Source: Candidatus Methanosuratincola mesotaenarum
GTDB taxonomy: Archaea; Thermoproteota; Methanomethylicia; Methanomethylicales; Methanomethylicaceae
Direction: 5' to 3'
NCBI GenBank assembly: GCA_038801705.1
Contig: JAULTC010000002.1
Location: forward strand, 3,072 to 67,071
DNA: 64,000 bases
The notes under the pieces were generated by a model, which had not been told where the DNA came from, did no database searches, and worked only from the letters and a program-made list of their open reading frames with translations. Positions 39,138-48,518 of this stretch are shown here, in pieces. The position numbers and the translations under genes are program-made. How positions within the stretch are numbered: position 1 is the first letter of the stretch; the number at the start of each line of letters is the position of its first letter.

Positions 39138-39929
39138 CTATGCCTCAACTTCGACTCTCCACCTGAACAGGCGCTTCTCAGCGATCAGGATACCGTAGTT
39201 CAGGAGAAGTCCAATTATCCCGATAGTTATCATCCCAACTATCACCACATCTATCTGCAGGAGGTTCCCGTACTTTATTATTAGCCTTCCCAGACCGACA
39301 GGGTCTCCGCCCATCATCTCTGCTGCTACTATACACATCCATCCTACGCCAAGACCCACCCTGAGGCCACTCATCACCTCGGGAAGCGCGCTGGGGAGGA
39401 CTATCCTAGACGTGATCGTACGGCTGTCTGCACCAAATGTCTTTGCCATGTCCACGAGGACCGGGGATGTGCGCTTGACACCTGCGATTGTGTTGAGGAG
39501 TATTGGGAAGAAAGCACCTATCCAGATCAGGAAGATATACCTCCACAAGCCGCTGAGGAGGATTATGGACAGGGGGATCCATGCGATGGGCGGTATGAAC
39601 CTTATTGGCTCGACGATCGGAGCAGATATGCTGTTGACAGAGGGCTTCAGGCCCATGAAGACTCCAAGCGGGATCGCCGTCACCGCAGCGAAGACAAAGC
39701 CCAACAGCACCCTGTAGATGCTCATAAGCGAGTGGGAGTAGAGGGTGTACCCATCGATATCTCCTGCCATGGAGATCCTACCAAATGCCTGCAGTACTTC
39801 ATAAGGTCCCGGAAGGAACGGAGAACTGAGAGACCAGGCAACCAGCTGCCAGATGAAAAAGAAGACTGCCAGGGAGAGAACCCCCAGCAGTAGCCCCTTG
39901 ACACGATCGTGGCGCTCCATCAAAATCAC
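39138..39929 (-). CDS. ABC transporter permease, NitT/TauT family
   Basis: Six hydrophobic segments and an EAA-like loop (AKTFGADSRTITSRIVLPSALP). Confidence 0.8.
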   Translation of the reverse strand: MILMERHDRVKGLLLGVLSLAVFFFIWQLVAWSLSSPFLPGPYEVLQAFGRISMAGDIDGYTLYSHSLMSIYRVLLGFVFAAVTAIPLGVFMGLKPSVNSISAPIVEPIRFIPPIAWIPLSIILLSGLWRYIFLIWIGAFFPILLNTIAGVKRTSPVLVDMAKTFGADSRTITSRIVLPSALPEVMSGLRVGLGVGWMCIVAAEMMGGDPVGLGRLIIKYGNLLQIDVVIVGMITIGIIGLLLNYGILIAEKRLFRWRVEVEA

Positions 39930-39935
39930 TCGTTA

Positions 39936-40904
39936 TTAGATGAAGCGCGTGTCTATAAATGCGTTTATGAATGAGACGACCTCATCGTGCGTGAGTGTGG
40001 TGACAACGCCTAGGTCGATCATCGAGTGCAGAAAGTGCGTCATGCTCTCGGGATCAGGGGTCGAATCATAGACTATGTGAGAGAGGGCGAGATCTATGAT
40101 TTCGGATGAATAACCAGTCTTGCCCATTGCAATCTGCTTGGCGAACTCGGGGTTGTCGTTTATGTACTGGTTCGCCATTTTGTGGACATCAACGAACTTC
40201 TGGACAATGTCCGGGTGTGCATCGAGATACTTGTTCGAGACCACGAGCACGCAGCACTGGTGGTTAGGGAATAGCTCGTGCGATGTGAGCAGCACTTGAG
40301 CGCCTGATTGGACGGCAGCTATGGAGGGCGCAGGCTCCCAGCCTATGAAGCCGTCGATCGTCCCCTTGCTGAATTCGAGGGGCAGGTAGGAGATTGTCGT
40401 CGGGTTTTTTGTAAGGTTTATGTTGTGATTCGTGAGGAAAATACTGAGCATTATATCCTGTATTGTGCCAGTCCCCGGGGTGCCGATCACCTTGCCGTTG
40501 AGATCTTCAGGAGTCTTTATGTCTGCATCAACGACCAGGGCAGAACCCTCGAGGTTCGCTGATGCGATGACTACGGGCAGGTGGTACGTCGGATCAGAGA
40601 GAGCATTTGCCCTGGCAGACATCGCGGGAGGGGCACCGACATACGCAAAGTCGAGCTCGCCAGCCAAGAACTCTTGCATCAGAGTCGGACCGTTCGCATA
40701 CTCCTTCGGCTCTATCTTCATACCGTATTCTTCAAAGTAGCTCTGATTTATCGCGACGAAGAGCGGGAGGTGGTGAAGATCCCCAGTCAGGTAACCGACC
40801 CTTATGGTCTCGACCTCGGACGGGAAGATTATGCCAGAAGCGTACAGACCCCCAACAACCACAATAAGGGCAATTATAGATATAATAAGGATTTTATTCG
40901 GCAT
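39936..40904 (-). CDS. periplasmic-type substrate-binding protein, NMT1/THI5 (SsuA/TauA/ThiY-like)
   Basis: N-terminal transmembrane/lipobox-like anchor, then the SsuA/ThiY-like fold pattern (RVGYLTGDLHHLPLFVA...GWEP). Confidence 0.7.
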   Translation of the reverse strand: MPNKILIISIIALIVVVGGLYASGIIFPSEVETIRVGYLTGDLHHLPLFVAINQSYFEEYGMKIEPKEYANGPTLMQEFLAGELDFAYVGAPPAMSARANALSDPTYHLPVVIASANLEGSALVVDADIKTPEDLNGKVIGTPGTGTIQDIMLSIFLTNHNINLTKNPTTISYLPLEFSKGTIDGFIGWEPAPSIAAVQSGAQVLLTSHELFPNHQCCVLVVSNKYLDAHPDIVQKFVDVHKMANQYINDNPEFAKQIAMGKTGYSSEIIDLALSHIVYDSTPDPESMTHFLHSMIDLGVVTTLTHDEVVSFINAFIDTRFI

Positions 40905-40977
40905 ATTATGCTCCCAAAACAACCTATTTTAAGTCTAATATATGCTTTTTGTGTACAATTGGACAATAAATAAAACT

Positions 40978-41610
40978 TCATTGTATACCCTTGAGGTACA
41001 GGAAGACAGCAAGGGCGCTCGTTTCGGCCGAAGCGAAGTCAGGGGCGAAAGCAGCGACCACGTGATCCTCGTCTTCGAGCCTGAACCTGTTCACCAGTTC
41101 GTAATAGGTCAAGGGGCTGGTCTGCGAGAGGTCGTCTGTTATGGATGGCACAACGATCCTTCTGCCGGAGGCGCTGAAGACGATCGCACCCTCGGCGCCC
41201 CATCTTATCGCAACATCCCTGAGCTTCAGTATCGAGGGCTTCACATCAAGCCTGACCTGGACTGCGAATGCGGGATATGCGATGCCCATCCCGCTGAGAT
41301 CCATCTGACCAGATGCGATCATCCCCTTCTTTATCTGGCTGAGTACATTCCTGCCCTCTTGAGTGAGCGCACAGCCACCAATGCTGTCAACGCTTATGAG
41401 AGATTGCTGCTGGAGACGCTTAATTATCGTCCTGACTGATCCCTCACCTATCCCCAGAGTCCTCGACAGCATCACCCTGCCGACCGATTTTGAGGATTCA
41501 ATGACCAGCAATGCCTTGATCACGTGGACAGGGGTGTATGCGGCAGAGGGACCCTTGGGCTGCGAAGGCTTGGACAGCGACCGGACAAATGCGTTGTAGG
41601 TGTCGGACAT
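40978..41610 (-). CDS. putative HTH regulator, hypothetical
   Basis: Segment SVRTIIKRLQQQSLISV resembles a wHTH. First gene upstream of the transporter. Confidence 0.4.
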   Translation of the reverse strand: MSDTYNAFVRSLSKPSQPKGPSAAYTPVHVIKALLVIESSKSVGRVMLSRTLGIGEGSVRTIIKRLQQQSLISVDSIGGCALTQEGRNVLSQIKKGMIASGQMDLSGMGIAYPAFAVQVRLDVKPSILKLRDVAIRWGAEGAIVFSASGRRIVVPSITDDLSQTSPLTYYELVNRFRLEDEDHVVAAFAPDFASAETSALAVFLYLKGIQ

Positions 41611-41709
41611 GATAAATAATATCAATATTATACAATAATACTATTTCGGTTTCTGCAATCCATCCGGACAGGTATGTTCGATAAACGGTAGAAGAGATGC
41701 CTCCCTCAG

Positions 41710-42258
41710 ATGGCAGAAGAACCATTTATGATTTATATGACTTTGAGACCAGTATTCTTAAGGAGATTTTGGGGTGTTTTTTTATTGAGTGGGAAGTTTG
41801 AGGCCAAGGGTCTCTCAGGTCTCAGCAGGTGCTTCCGCGCTGCAGTCGAGGGCATCGGCAAAGATGGCAATGTCCTGTTCGTGGGTTCGCCCTTCACTTG
41901 TCTGCCCTTTGCAGAGTTCTTATGTTACAGCATAAGGGATTTTCCGATAACGCCGTATTTTATGCCTCTGTCCGAGACCGACAGGGTCAGGGAGATTGTG
42001 AAGGATGAAGGATACGGCTACCAGCTCGGGGAGTTCAAGAGCGGCGGAGGGTACAACATAGTTGTCCTCTTAGGCGGGATTGCGATGCCAAAGTATGGCG
42101 TTGCACCACAGATCATGAAAGCGGCATTCGACAGGCTGCCTGGTGCAAAGAACACGATCGCAGTGTGCTTCCAAGGATCGCTCAGAAGCCCAGACTGGAC
42201 AGGGACTTTCTCCTTCAGGTATTTGATAGACACCGACCTTGTGGTGACGATGGAGTAG
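41710..42258 (+). CDS. hypothetical protein (archaeal DUF)
   Basis: 182-aa ORF. Its stop immediately precedes the start of the gamma-CA-like gene. Confidence 0.4.
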   Translation: MAEEPFMIYMTLRPVFLRRFWGVFLLSGKFEAKGLSGLSRCFRAAVEGIGKDGNVLFVGSPFTCLPFAEFLCYSIRDFPITPYFMPLSETDRVREIVKDEGYGYQLGEFKSGGGYNIVVLLGGIAMPKYGVAPQIMKAAFDRLPGAKNTIAVCFQGSLRSPDWTGTFSFRYLIDTDLVVTME

Positions 42259-42777
42259 ATGGGCATGATAAGAGAGCTCAATGGCATCAGGCCGCAAATC
42301 TACCCCAAGGCATTTGTCCACGAGGACGCTGTTGTGACTGGGGACGTCATAATCGAGGATGAGGCAAACATATGGCCATGCGCTGTTCTTCGAGGCGACA
42401 TAGAGCGCATCATAGTAAAGAACGGCGCAAGCATACAAGACGGCACGGTTATACACACGGACAAGGGGTACCCAACTAATGTCGGAAAGGGGACAGTGAT
42501 CGGGCATGGCTGCATCATACACGGCTGCAGGATCGGAAACAACACGCTCGTTGGGATGGGGGCGATCATACTGACTGGCGCGGAGATAGGCGACGACTGC
42601 GTGATAGGGGCAGGGGCTCTAATCCCCGAAGGGAAGACCGTCCCTTCATGCAGCGTCATGATGGGGCTGCCTGCCAAGAATGTGAGGAGCACGGAGGAGA
42701 GGGACAAGGAGAGAATCAGAGAGACGGCCGCAGCGTACCATGAGTTAGTCAAGAAACACAGGGTCGGCGCGCCCTAG
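42259..42777 (+). CDS. gamma-class carbonic anhydrase-like hexapeptide-repeat protein
   Basis: Left-handed beta-helix hexapeptide repeats with the conserved His pattern (VIHTD...IGHGCIIHGCRIG). Confidence 0.8.
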   Translation: MGMIRELNGIRPQIYPKAFVHEDAVVTGDVIIEDEANIWPCAVLRGDIERIIVKNGASIQDGTVIHTDKGYPTNVGKGTVIGHGCIIHGCRIGNNTLVGMGAIILTGAEIGDDCVIGAGALIPEGKTVPSCSVMMGLPAKNVRSTEERDKERIRETAAAYHELVKKHRVGAP

Positions 42778-42782
42778 CGGCG

Positions 42783-42898
42783 TATGTTTTAGGCACTACT
42801 TTCTCGCTGCCCCTCTCCCTTTCGCTTCTTGTGGCGCTCTTTCGGACTGCTTGGTGTATGTTTTAGGCACTACTTTCTCGCTGCCCCTCTCCCTTTCC
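42783..42898. repeat. 42-bp direct repeat x2 separated by 32 bp
   Basis: GTATGTTTTAGGCACTACTTTCTCGCTGCCCCTCTCCCTTTC occurs identically at 42783..42824 and 42857..42898. Confidence 0.8.
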
Positions 42899-43071
42899 GT
42901 GAAGAGTATCACAGCAACTCCGATGCAAAATATCATGATGCTCAGGATCTGCGGCACTAAGGACTGATAACCTGCGCCGTATCTCAGGAGCAAGGTATAG
43001 GAAAAACCAGGGATGAATGCCAGGATTAGCCCGACGAGGTACAGGATGTTTTGAATTTTCATAGCGATCAT
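42796..43071 (-). CDS. small membrane protein, hypothetical (C-terminus encoded by the tandem repeat)
   Basis: 91 aa with two hydrophobic helices. Its 3' end runs through both repeat copies. Confidence 0.3.
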   Translation of the reverse strand: MIAMKIQNILYLVGLILAFIPGFSYTLLLRYGAGYQSLVPQILSIMIFCIGVAVILFTERERGSEKVVPKTYTKQSERAPQEAKGRGAARK

Positions 43072-43505
43072 CCCTTTGGCGCATAAATCTTGAGGTTCCG
43101 GAAACCAGAAACCAGCTCCTTGATAAGCGAGATCGGGTGGTCATCTAGGCTCCTGAATCCGACGACAGCGCACCTGTCAGGGTAGATGTGTACGTATCGG
43201 TCAAGGTCGAACCTAAATGTCGTCTCCTTGGGCCCGAATGTCACTTTGAATGGAACTTTTTCAGGGACCAAGATGCCGGCAGAATTCATCACGAATTCTT
43301 TCTGGTCAGATGGGATCTTCCTTGCAGGCTTCCCCATTCTGATGCCCTTTTTCTCTTCCTTGGACAGGGATATCTTGACCACCCCCTTAACTTCTGAAAC
43401 GCGCACGCTGCCACCCTCGAACCCGACCTCGAATGGCTTGCCCTGATCCAAGAAGACCCTGATCTCTCCGAGTTTAGAGGCCAAATCCTCGCCCACTGAG
43501 CTCAC
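43068..43505 (-). CDS. hypothetical protein
   Basis: 145-aa ORF divergent from the por operon. No motif recognised. Confidence 0.4.
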   Translation of the reverse strand: MSSVGEDLASKLGEIRVFLDQGKPFEVGFEGGSVRVSEVKGVVKISLSKEEKKGIRMGKPARKIPSDQKEFVMNSAGILVPEKVPFKVTFGPKETTFRFDLDRYVHIYPDRCAVVGFRSLDDHPISLIKELVSGFRNLKIYAPKG

Positions 43506-43650
43506 CGACGTAGGTATCGGATCTGCTGTATTTTAAGGGTATCCTTTACGAAGAGAACCGCAAAAACGGCAGTTATAGATGGAAAAGAAAATACCAAAAC
43601 TGTTAAAAATAATGCTACGGTACTGACTAACTATCCATATTGGGAGTGCT

Positions 43651-44220
43651 TTGAGAATGCTTGAGATCAGGTGGCACGGGAGGGGAGGGCAGGGAGCAGT
43701 CACAGCCGCTGAGATCCTTGCAACCGGCGTGATAAACGAAGGGAAGTATGCGCAGGCATTCGCAGCCTTCGGTCCGGAGAGGAGGGGGGCGCCCGTCCTG
43801 GCGTTCACAAGGATAAGCGACAGCGAGATCCTAACCAGGTGCCAGATCTATGAGCCTGACATCATAGTCATACTCGACAAGAACCTCTGCACAATGGAAG
43901 GAGTGGGAGATGGTCTCAAGAAAGGGGGCACCGTAGTGCTGAACACCAACCAGAAAGCGGAAGACTTCTTGTATATGTTCAAGAACGCGGGGAAGTTTGC
44001 CACAATCGACGCTACTGAGATTGCCTTGAGGGAGCTCGGGACGCCGATAACAAACACGTCGATCCTAGGGGCGCTAGTCAGGGCAACCGGCGTTGTGAGG
44101 CTCGAAACCCTTGAGGAGGTAATGAAGCAGAGGTTCGGGCAGTATGCCGAAAAGAACATCAGTGCAGTGAGGAGCGCATTCAAGGAGACTGCACTTTTTG
44201 AGACGGGGGAGAGAGAATGA
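43651..44220 (+). CDS. porG: pyruvate:ferredoxin oxidoreductase gamma subunit
   Basis: MLEIRWHGRGGQGAVTAAEILA N-terminus. Confidence 0.85.
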   Translation: MRMLEIRWHGRGGQGAVTAAEILATGVINEGKYAQAFAAFGPERRGAPVLAFTRISDSEILTRCQIYEPDIIVILDKNLCTMEGVGDGLKKGGTVVLNTNQKAEDFLYMFKNAGKFATIDATEIALRELGTPITNTSILGALVRATGVVRLETLEEVMKQRFGQYAEKNISAVRSAFKETALFETGERE

Positions 44221-44513
44221 AGTGCGTGAGAACGACGCTCAAAGGATGGAGGGAGATCCCGGAGGGGGGCACGATAACTGAGCCGGGCAGCTCGGTGAAC
44301 TTCGATGTAACAGCCTGGAGGACGTCCAGCCCATTGATAGACCAGAATAAATGCACAAAGTGTGGGCTGTGCTTTCTCTACTGCCCAGACTCTGCCATCG
44401 AGATAGATGTGGATGGGAACTATCATGTAAACCTTTCATACTGCAAAGGATGCGGGATTTGCGCGAAAGAGTGTGCGCCCAAGGCAATAACGATGGTAAA
44501 GGAGGGGCATTGA
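44217..44513 (+). CDS. porD: pyruvate:ferredoxin oxidoreductase delta subunit (2x[4Fe-4S])
   Basis: CTKCGLCFLYCP and CKGCGICAKECP ferredoxin motifs. 98 aa. Confidence 0.85.
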   Translation: MKCVRTTLKGWREIPEGGTITEPGSSVNFDVTAWRTSSPLIDQNKCTKCGLCFLYCPDSAIEIDVDGNYHVNLSYCKGCGICAKECAPKAITMVKEGH

Positions 44514-45679
44514 TGAACAAGAAGGTCGGGATCAGCGGCAACTACGCTGTTGCATATGCCGTCAAGATGGCGGATGTCGACATGATTGCAGCATACCCAA
44601 TCACGCCACAGACTACGATCGTCGAGAAGCTCTCAGAATTCGTTGCTAACGGGGAGCTGGATGCGAGCTATATGAATGTGGAGTCGGAGCACTCCGCAAT
44701 AAGCGCATGCATCGGGGCCTCTTTGACAGGCGCGAGAGTCTTCACTGCGACATCCTCGCAGGGACTTGCGCTCATGCACGAGATACTGTTCATGGCATCG
44801 GCGCTCAGGACACCCATCGTTATGGCGAATGTAAACAGGGCGCTCTCGGCGCCGCTGAATATCTGGAACGACCACTCTGACGCGATGGCGCAGAGGGACT
44901 CGGGCTGGATACAGCTGTGGGCGAGATCCGCGCAAGAATCTTTCGATGATACTATCGAGGCTTTCAAGATCGCCGAGGAGACCCGCCTCCCCGTAATGGT
45001 GAACCTGGACGGCTACATAGTGAGTCATATGTACGAACCGGTCGAGCTGCCAGACGAAGAAGATGTCAGGAAGTTCATACCTTCGAGACCCCTCGAGAAC
45101 AGGGTCTCGATAAAGAATGCCCATGCAGTTGGTGTCGTCGGTCCACCCGAGTACTACTACGAGATGAAGTACCAAGCAATCGATGCGATCGAGAGGAGCA
45201 GGCACAAGGTAAAGGAGATCGAGAACGACTTCAACAGGAGGTTCGGCAAGAACTACAGGGAAATCGAGGCATATGGCATGGAGGATGCCGAGGCTGCACT
45301 GATACTCATGGGATCTATCTTCGGATCAGCCAAGGAGATCGCGAACGATCTCCGCGGCAAGGGGAGGAAGGTCGGCGTTGTCTCACTCAGGGTATTCAGA
45401 CCCTTCCCGGCACAAGAGCTCAGGGAGGCTCTGGACGGCGTCAAGGCGGTAGGCGTCGTGGACAGGGCTACAACCCCAGGGGGATCCGGAAATCCGCTCT
45501 ACACCGAAATAGCCACTGCGCTCTACGGTATGCCAGAGAGGCCGGCCATCCAAGGATTCGTTGCTGGGCTCGGGGGCAGGGACATGAGGGAGGACGACTT
45601 CAGGCTGATGTACAGCGCAACCGAAAAAGCTGCAAGAGAGGGCGCAGGGCGCTGCATCTATGTGGGGTTGAGAGAATGA
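44513..45679 (+). CDS. porA: pyruvate:ferredoxin oxidoreductase alpha subunit
   Basis: MNKKVGISGNYAVAYAVKMADVDMIAAYPITPQT N-terminus and the usual ~390-aa size. The ATG overlaps the porD stop. Confidence 0.85.
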   Translation: MNKKVGISGNYAVAYAVKMADVDMIAAYPITPQTTIVEKLSEFVANGELDASYMNVESEHSAISACIGASLTGARVFTATSSQGLALMHEILFMASALRTPIVMANVNRALSAPLNIWNDHSDAMAQRDSGWIQLWARSAQESFDDTIEAFKIAEETRLPVMVNLDGYIVSHMYEPVELPDEEDVRKFIPSRPLENRVSIKNAHAVGVVGPPEYYYEMKYQAIDAIERSRHKVKEIENDFNRRFGKNYREIEAYGMEDAEAALILMGSIFGSAKEIANDLRGKGRKVGVVSLRVFRPFPAQELREALDGVKAVGVVDRATTPGGSGNPLYTEIATALYGMPERPAIQGFVAGLGGRDMREDDFRLMYSATEKAAREGAGRCIYVGLRE

Positions 45680-46602
45680 GTAAGATATTCAAATCAGTCA
45701 AGAATGTTCCAAAGGAAGAGCTGCTGGCACCAGGGCACAGGCTGTGCGCAGGGTGCGCAGCAGGCACGGCAGTAAGGCAGATACTTAAAGCTTCAGGGAG
45801 TGACGTGGTCGTCGTCACCCCGACGGGCTGCCTCGAGGTCTCGACCACCTATTTCCCTCAGAGCGCCTGGAGAGTCCCATGGGTCCATGTCGCATTCGAG
45901 AATGCCGCAGCCGTGGCCGCAGGGATCTCGAATTCCATGAAGACCCTCCAGAGGAAGGGCAAGACGGACGAGAATGCAGGCGTGATTGTGATAGGAGGCG
46001 ACGGCGGGACGTTCGACATCGGGCTTCAGGCTCTAAGCGGCGCGCTCGAGAGGGGGGATGACATTCTGTACGTATGCTACGACAATGAGGCTTACATGAA
46101 CACAGGGATACAGCGCAGCTCGGCTACCCCGTTCGGGGCGGCGACGACGACTTCGCCTCCAGGAAGGCGGTCTATAGGTCAGAGGACGGACAAGAAAGAT
46201 CTCGTAGGCATCGCTGTTGCGCATGGGATTCCATATGCAGCAACTGCCTGCCCGTCTTACCCGTTTGATCTGATGAACAAGGTCAGGAAGGGGCTGGATG
46301 TCGATGGGCCAGCGCTGATCCACGTGCTCGCGCCGTGTCCTACTGGATGGAAGACAGATACAAGCGACAGTATTGGGCTGGGCAAGCTTGCGGTGCAGAC
46401 AGGCCTTTGGCCGCTCTATGAAGTCTCCAATGGGGAGACAAAACTGACGGTGCAGGTACCCAGGAGGGATCCGGTCACAAGGTACCTCAAGGCACAGGGG
46501 AGGTTCAGGCACCTCGACGAGGAGACCATAAAGAAGATACAGAAGAAGGCAGACATGCTCTCGAAGAAGTTCGGTTTGGGCCCACTAAAAGAGCAGCAGT
46601 GA
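45676..46602 (+). CDS. porB: pyruvate:ferredoxin oxidoreductase beta subunit (TPP-binding)
   Basis: CAGCAAGTAVR and GGDGGTFDIG TPP motif. Confidence 0.85.
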   Translation: MSKIFKSVKNVPKEELLAPGHRLCAGCAAGTAVRQILKASGSDVVVVTPTGCLEVSTTYFPQSAWRVPWVHVAFENAAAVAAGISNSMKTLQRKGKTDENAGVIVIGGDGGTFDIGLQALSGALERGDDILYVCYDNEAYMNTGIQRSSATPFGAATTTSPPGRRSIGQRTDKKDLVGIAVAHGIPYAATACPSYPFDLMNKVRKGLDVDGPALIHVLAPCPTGWKTDTSDSIGLGKLAVQTGLWPLYEVSNGETKLTVQVPRRDPVTRYLKAQGRFRHLDEETIKKIQKKADMLSKKFGLGPLKEQQ

Positions 46603-46607
46603 TCAAG

Positions 46608-47222
46608 ATGGGGTTTAACTACAGGACTGCGCTGATAACCGTCCTTTTATTTATTGTAGCCTTCGTAGGCGCAGTCTACACTGTAAGGACAGTTTCCGGG
46701 ACCAACATCCCAGTCGCGGCAGTCCAGTCAGGCAGCATGGAGCCGAACATCCCTACTGGTTCACTGATCTTTGTGCGGGCAGTGGATCCATCAGAGATCG
46801 TCGCTGGACCGCCCCCCGTCGGCGACATAGTCGTATACATCCAGCAGGGCACGGAGATCACGGACTATTTCATATTCACGACGTACGATCCGCTCCCGAT
46901 CTCTCACAGGGTGATCGACAAGACGCAGGTGGGCGGGACTTACTACTTCCTGACCAAGGGGGATGCGAATTCATACCCAGATCAGAGCCCGTCTAACCCT
47001 CTGAGCTGGGTTCCCGAGGACAGAATCGTGGGCAAGGTCGTCTTCTCGGTTCCATACCTCGGCTACCCGTTCCTGTTCAAGAACACCTGGATAGTCTCGA
47101 TTGTGCTGCTGATAATCATAGTCCTAATAGCCCTGCCCTCAAAGGATAAAGAGCCTGCGAAGCCGGAAGGAACATCTGGAAGCGACCCTTCCACCGGTGA
47201 ACTGCCCTATCCTGAAGGCTGA
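46608..47222 (+). CDS. signal peptidase I (archaeal S26B)
   Basis: N-terminal transmembrane helix, SGSMEPNIPTGSLIF (catalytic Ser box) and HRVID (His box). Confidence 0.75.
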   Translation: MGFNYRTALITVLLFIVAFVGAVYTVRTVSGTNIPVAAVQSGSMEPNIPTGSLIFVRAVDPSEIVAGPPPVGDIVVYIQQGTEITDYFIFTTYDPLPISHRVIDKTQVGGTYYFLTKGDANSYPDQSPSNPLSWVPEDRIVGKVVFSVPYLGYPFLFKNTWIVSIVLLIIIVLIALPSKDKEPAKPEGTSGSDPSTGELPYPEG

Positions 47223-47343
47223 GGGCTTCCCTCGGACAGAGTCAAACCAAGAACCTTCTGCTGTACTTTTTTAGAAATAAAAAAGCTTTATAAACCAGAT
47301 TCAAAAACTTTAAATCTAGTTATTTTGTTTGGTGGGCAAGATA

Positions 47344-47895
47344 ATGGTCAAGCCATCCTTCAGGATAGAGAATGTTGTGGCCTCGGTTACAATGAACCAG
47401 AACATTGACCTAGATGCGATCTCTGGGAACGTACCAGGGGTTGAGTATAACCCAGAGCAGTTTCCCGGGCTTGTTTACAGGATCTCAAAACCAAGGACCG
47501 CTACCTTGATCTTCTCGTCGGGGAAGATGGTGTGCACGGGGGCGAAGTCTGAGAAGGAAGTGCACAACGCAGTAAAGAAGATAATAAAAAATCTGAAGGA
47601 CAGGAACATCGTTATAATAGGAACACCCGAGATACAGATCCAGAACATCGTTGCCTCAGCTAACCTGAATGCGGAAGTGAACCTTGAGAAGGCAGCATTC
47701 CTGCTCGAGAATGTGATGTATGAGCCCGAGCAGTTCCCTGGGCTCATCTACAGGATGGACACCCCAAAGGTCGTTCTCCTGATCTTCTCGTCGGGGAAGA
47801 TGGTGTGCACGGGGGCGAAGCAGGAGGACGAAGTCAGGATCGCGGTAGACAAGATATACCAAAAACTGAAGGACCTAGGCGTGCTCTACGAGTAG
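47344..47895 (+). CDS. tbp: TATA-box binding protein
   Basis: Two direct repeats: IENVVASV...QFPGLVYR...[14 protein letters not shown] and IQNIVASA...QFPGLIYR...[14 protein letters not shown]. Confidence 0.9.
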   Translation: MVKPSFRIENVVASVTMNQNIDLDAISGNVPGVEYNPEQFPGLVYRISKPRTATLIFSSGKMVCTGAKSEKEVHNAVKKIIKNLKDRNIVIIGTPEIQIQNIVASANLNAEVNLEKAAFLLENVMYEPEQFPGLIYRMDTPKVVLLIFSSGKMVCTGAKQEDEVRIAVDKIYQKLKDLGVLYE

Positions 47896-47991
47896 GATTT
47901 GACTGATAGATCCTAAAAAAGTGGTCCTTGCTAAAAAGCTTAAAAAAGGAATAGAAGGAAGGGAAGGGAAACGGAAAAGAGAGATGGTAGA

Positions 47992-48369
47992 TTACTTGGT
48001 CCCGCAGCCTATCTTCTCGAATGATTTGTCCTTCAGCATCTGGAGGGCGTCCTTGCACGCGGTGATTGCAGGCGCGCCACCGGCAACCGCCACCACGCGT
48101 ATTGCCTCAATGATCTCAGCGTCGGTCGCTCCCTTGTTGTGCGCGCCCCTCATCGCTGATACAACGCACTCCTTGCAGTGGCGCTGCGCACCCATCGCCA
48201 TTATGAGAAGCATCTTGAACTTCGAGGGAAGGGCCCCGTCTTCCTGGACTGTAGAATCGCAGAAATCATAGAACTCGGCCATCTTCGGGTCTATCTCAGC
48301 AGCAATGTGCATAATTGCAGGAGTAAAACCCATCTTCTTGTCAAACTTTTCCTTCAGGTTCTTGGTCAT
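47992..48369 (-). CDS. carboxymuconolactone decarboxylase / AhpD-like family protein
   Basis: CMD-fold CxxC-like motif (RHCKECVVSAMRGA) in a 125-aa protein. Confidence 0.6.
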   Translation of the reverse strand: MTKNLKEKFDKKMGFTPAIMHIAAEIDPKMAEFYDFCDSTVQEDGALPSKFKMLLIMAMGAQRHCKECVVSAMRGAHNKGATDAEIIEAIRVVAVAGGAPAITACKDALQMLKDKSFEKIGCGTK

Positions 48370-48518
48370 GTTTCCACCAGTCTATAATATCTCCATGGAT
48401 CTTAAATCCTTACCCATGCTTCTGGAAGATCACTCCATTTGCAGAATGTGGAGCCGCCAGGCTGGAAGATTGTTATGCTTTAAATAAGGGGCAGATCTAA
48501 TCTCTCATGGTGTAGAGT

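Noticed and set aside
42783-42898. Possible CRISPR array.
   Set aside because: There are only two repeat copies, no further repeats, and no cas genes in the window. It is treated as a tandem duplication instead.
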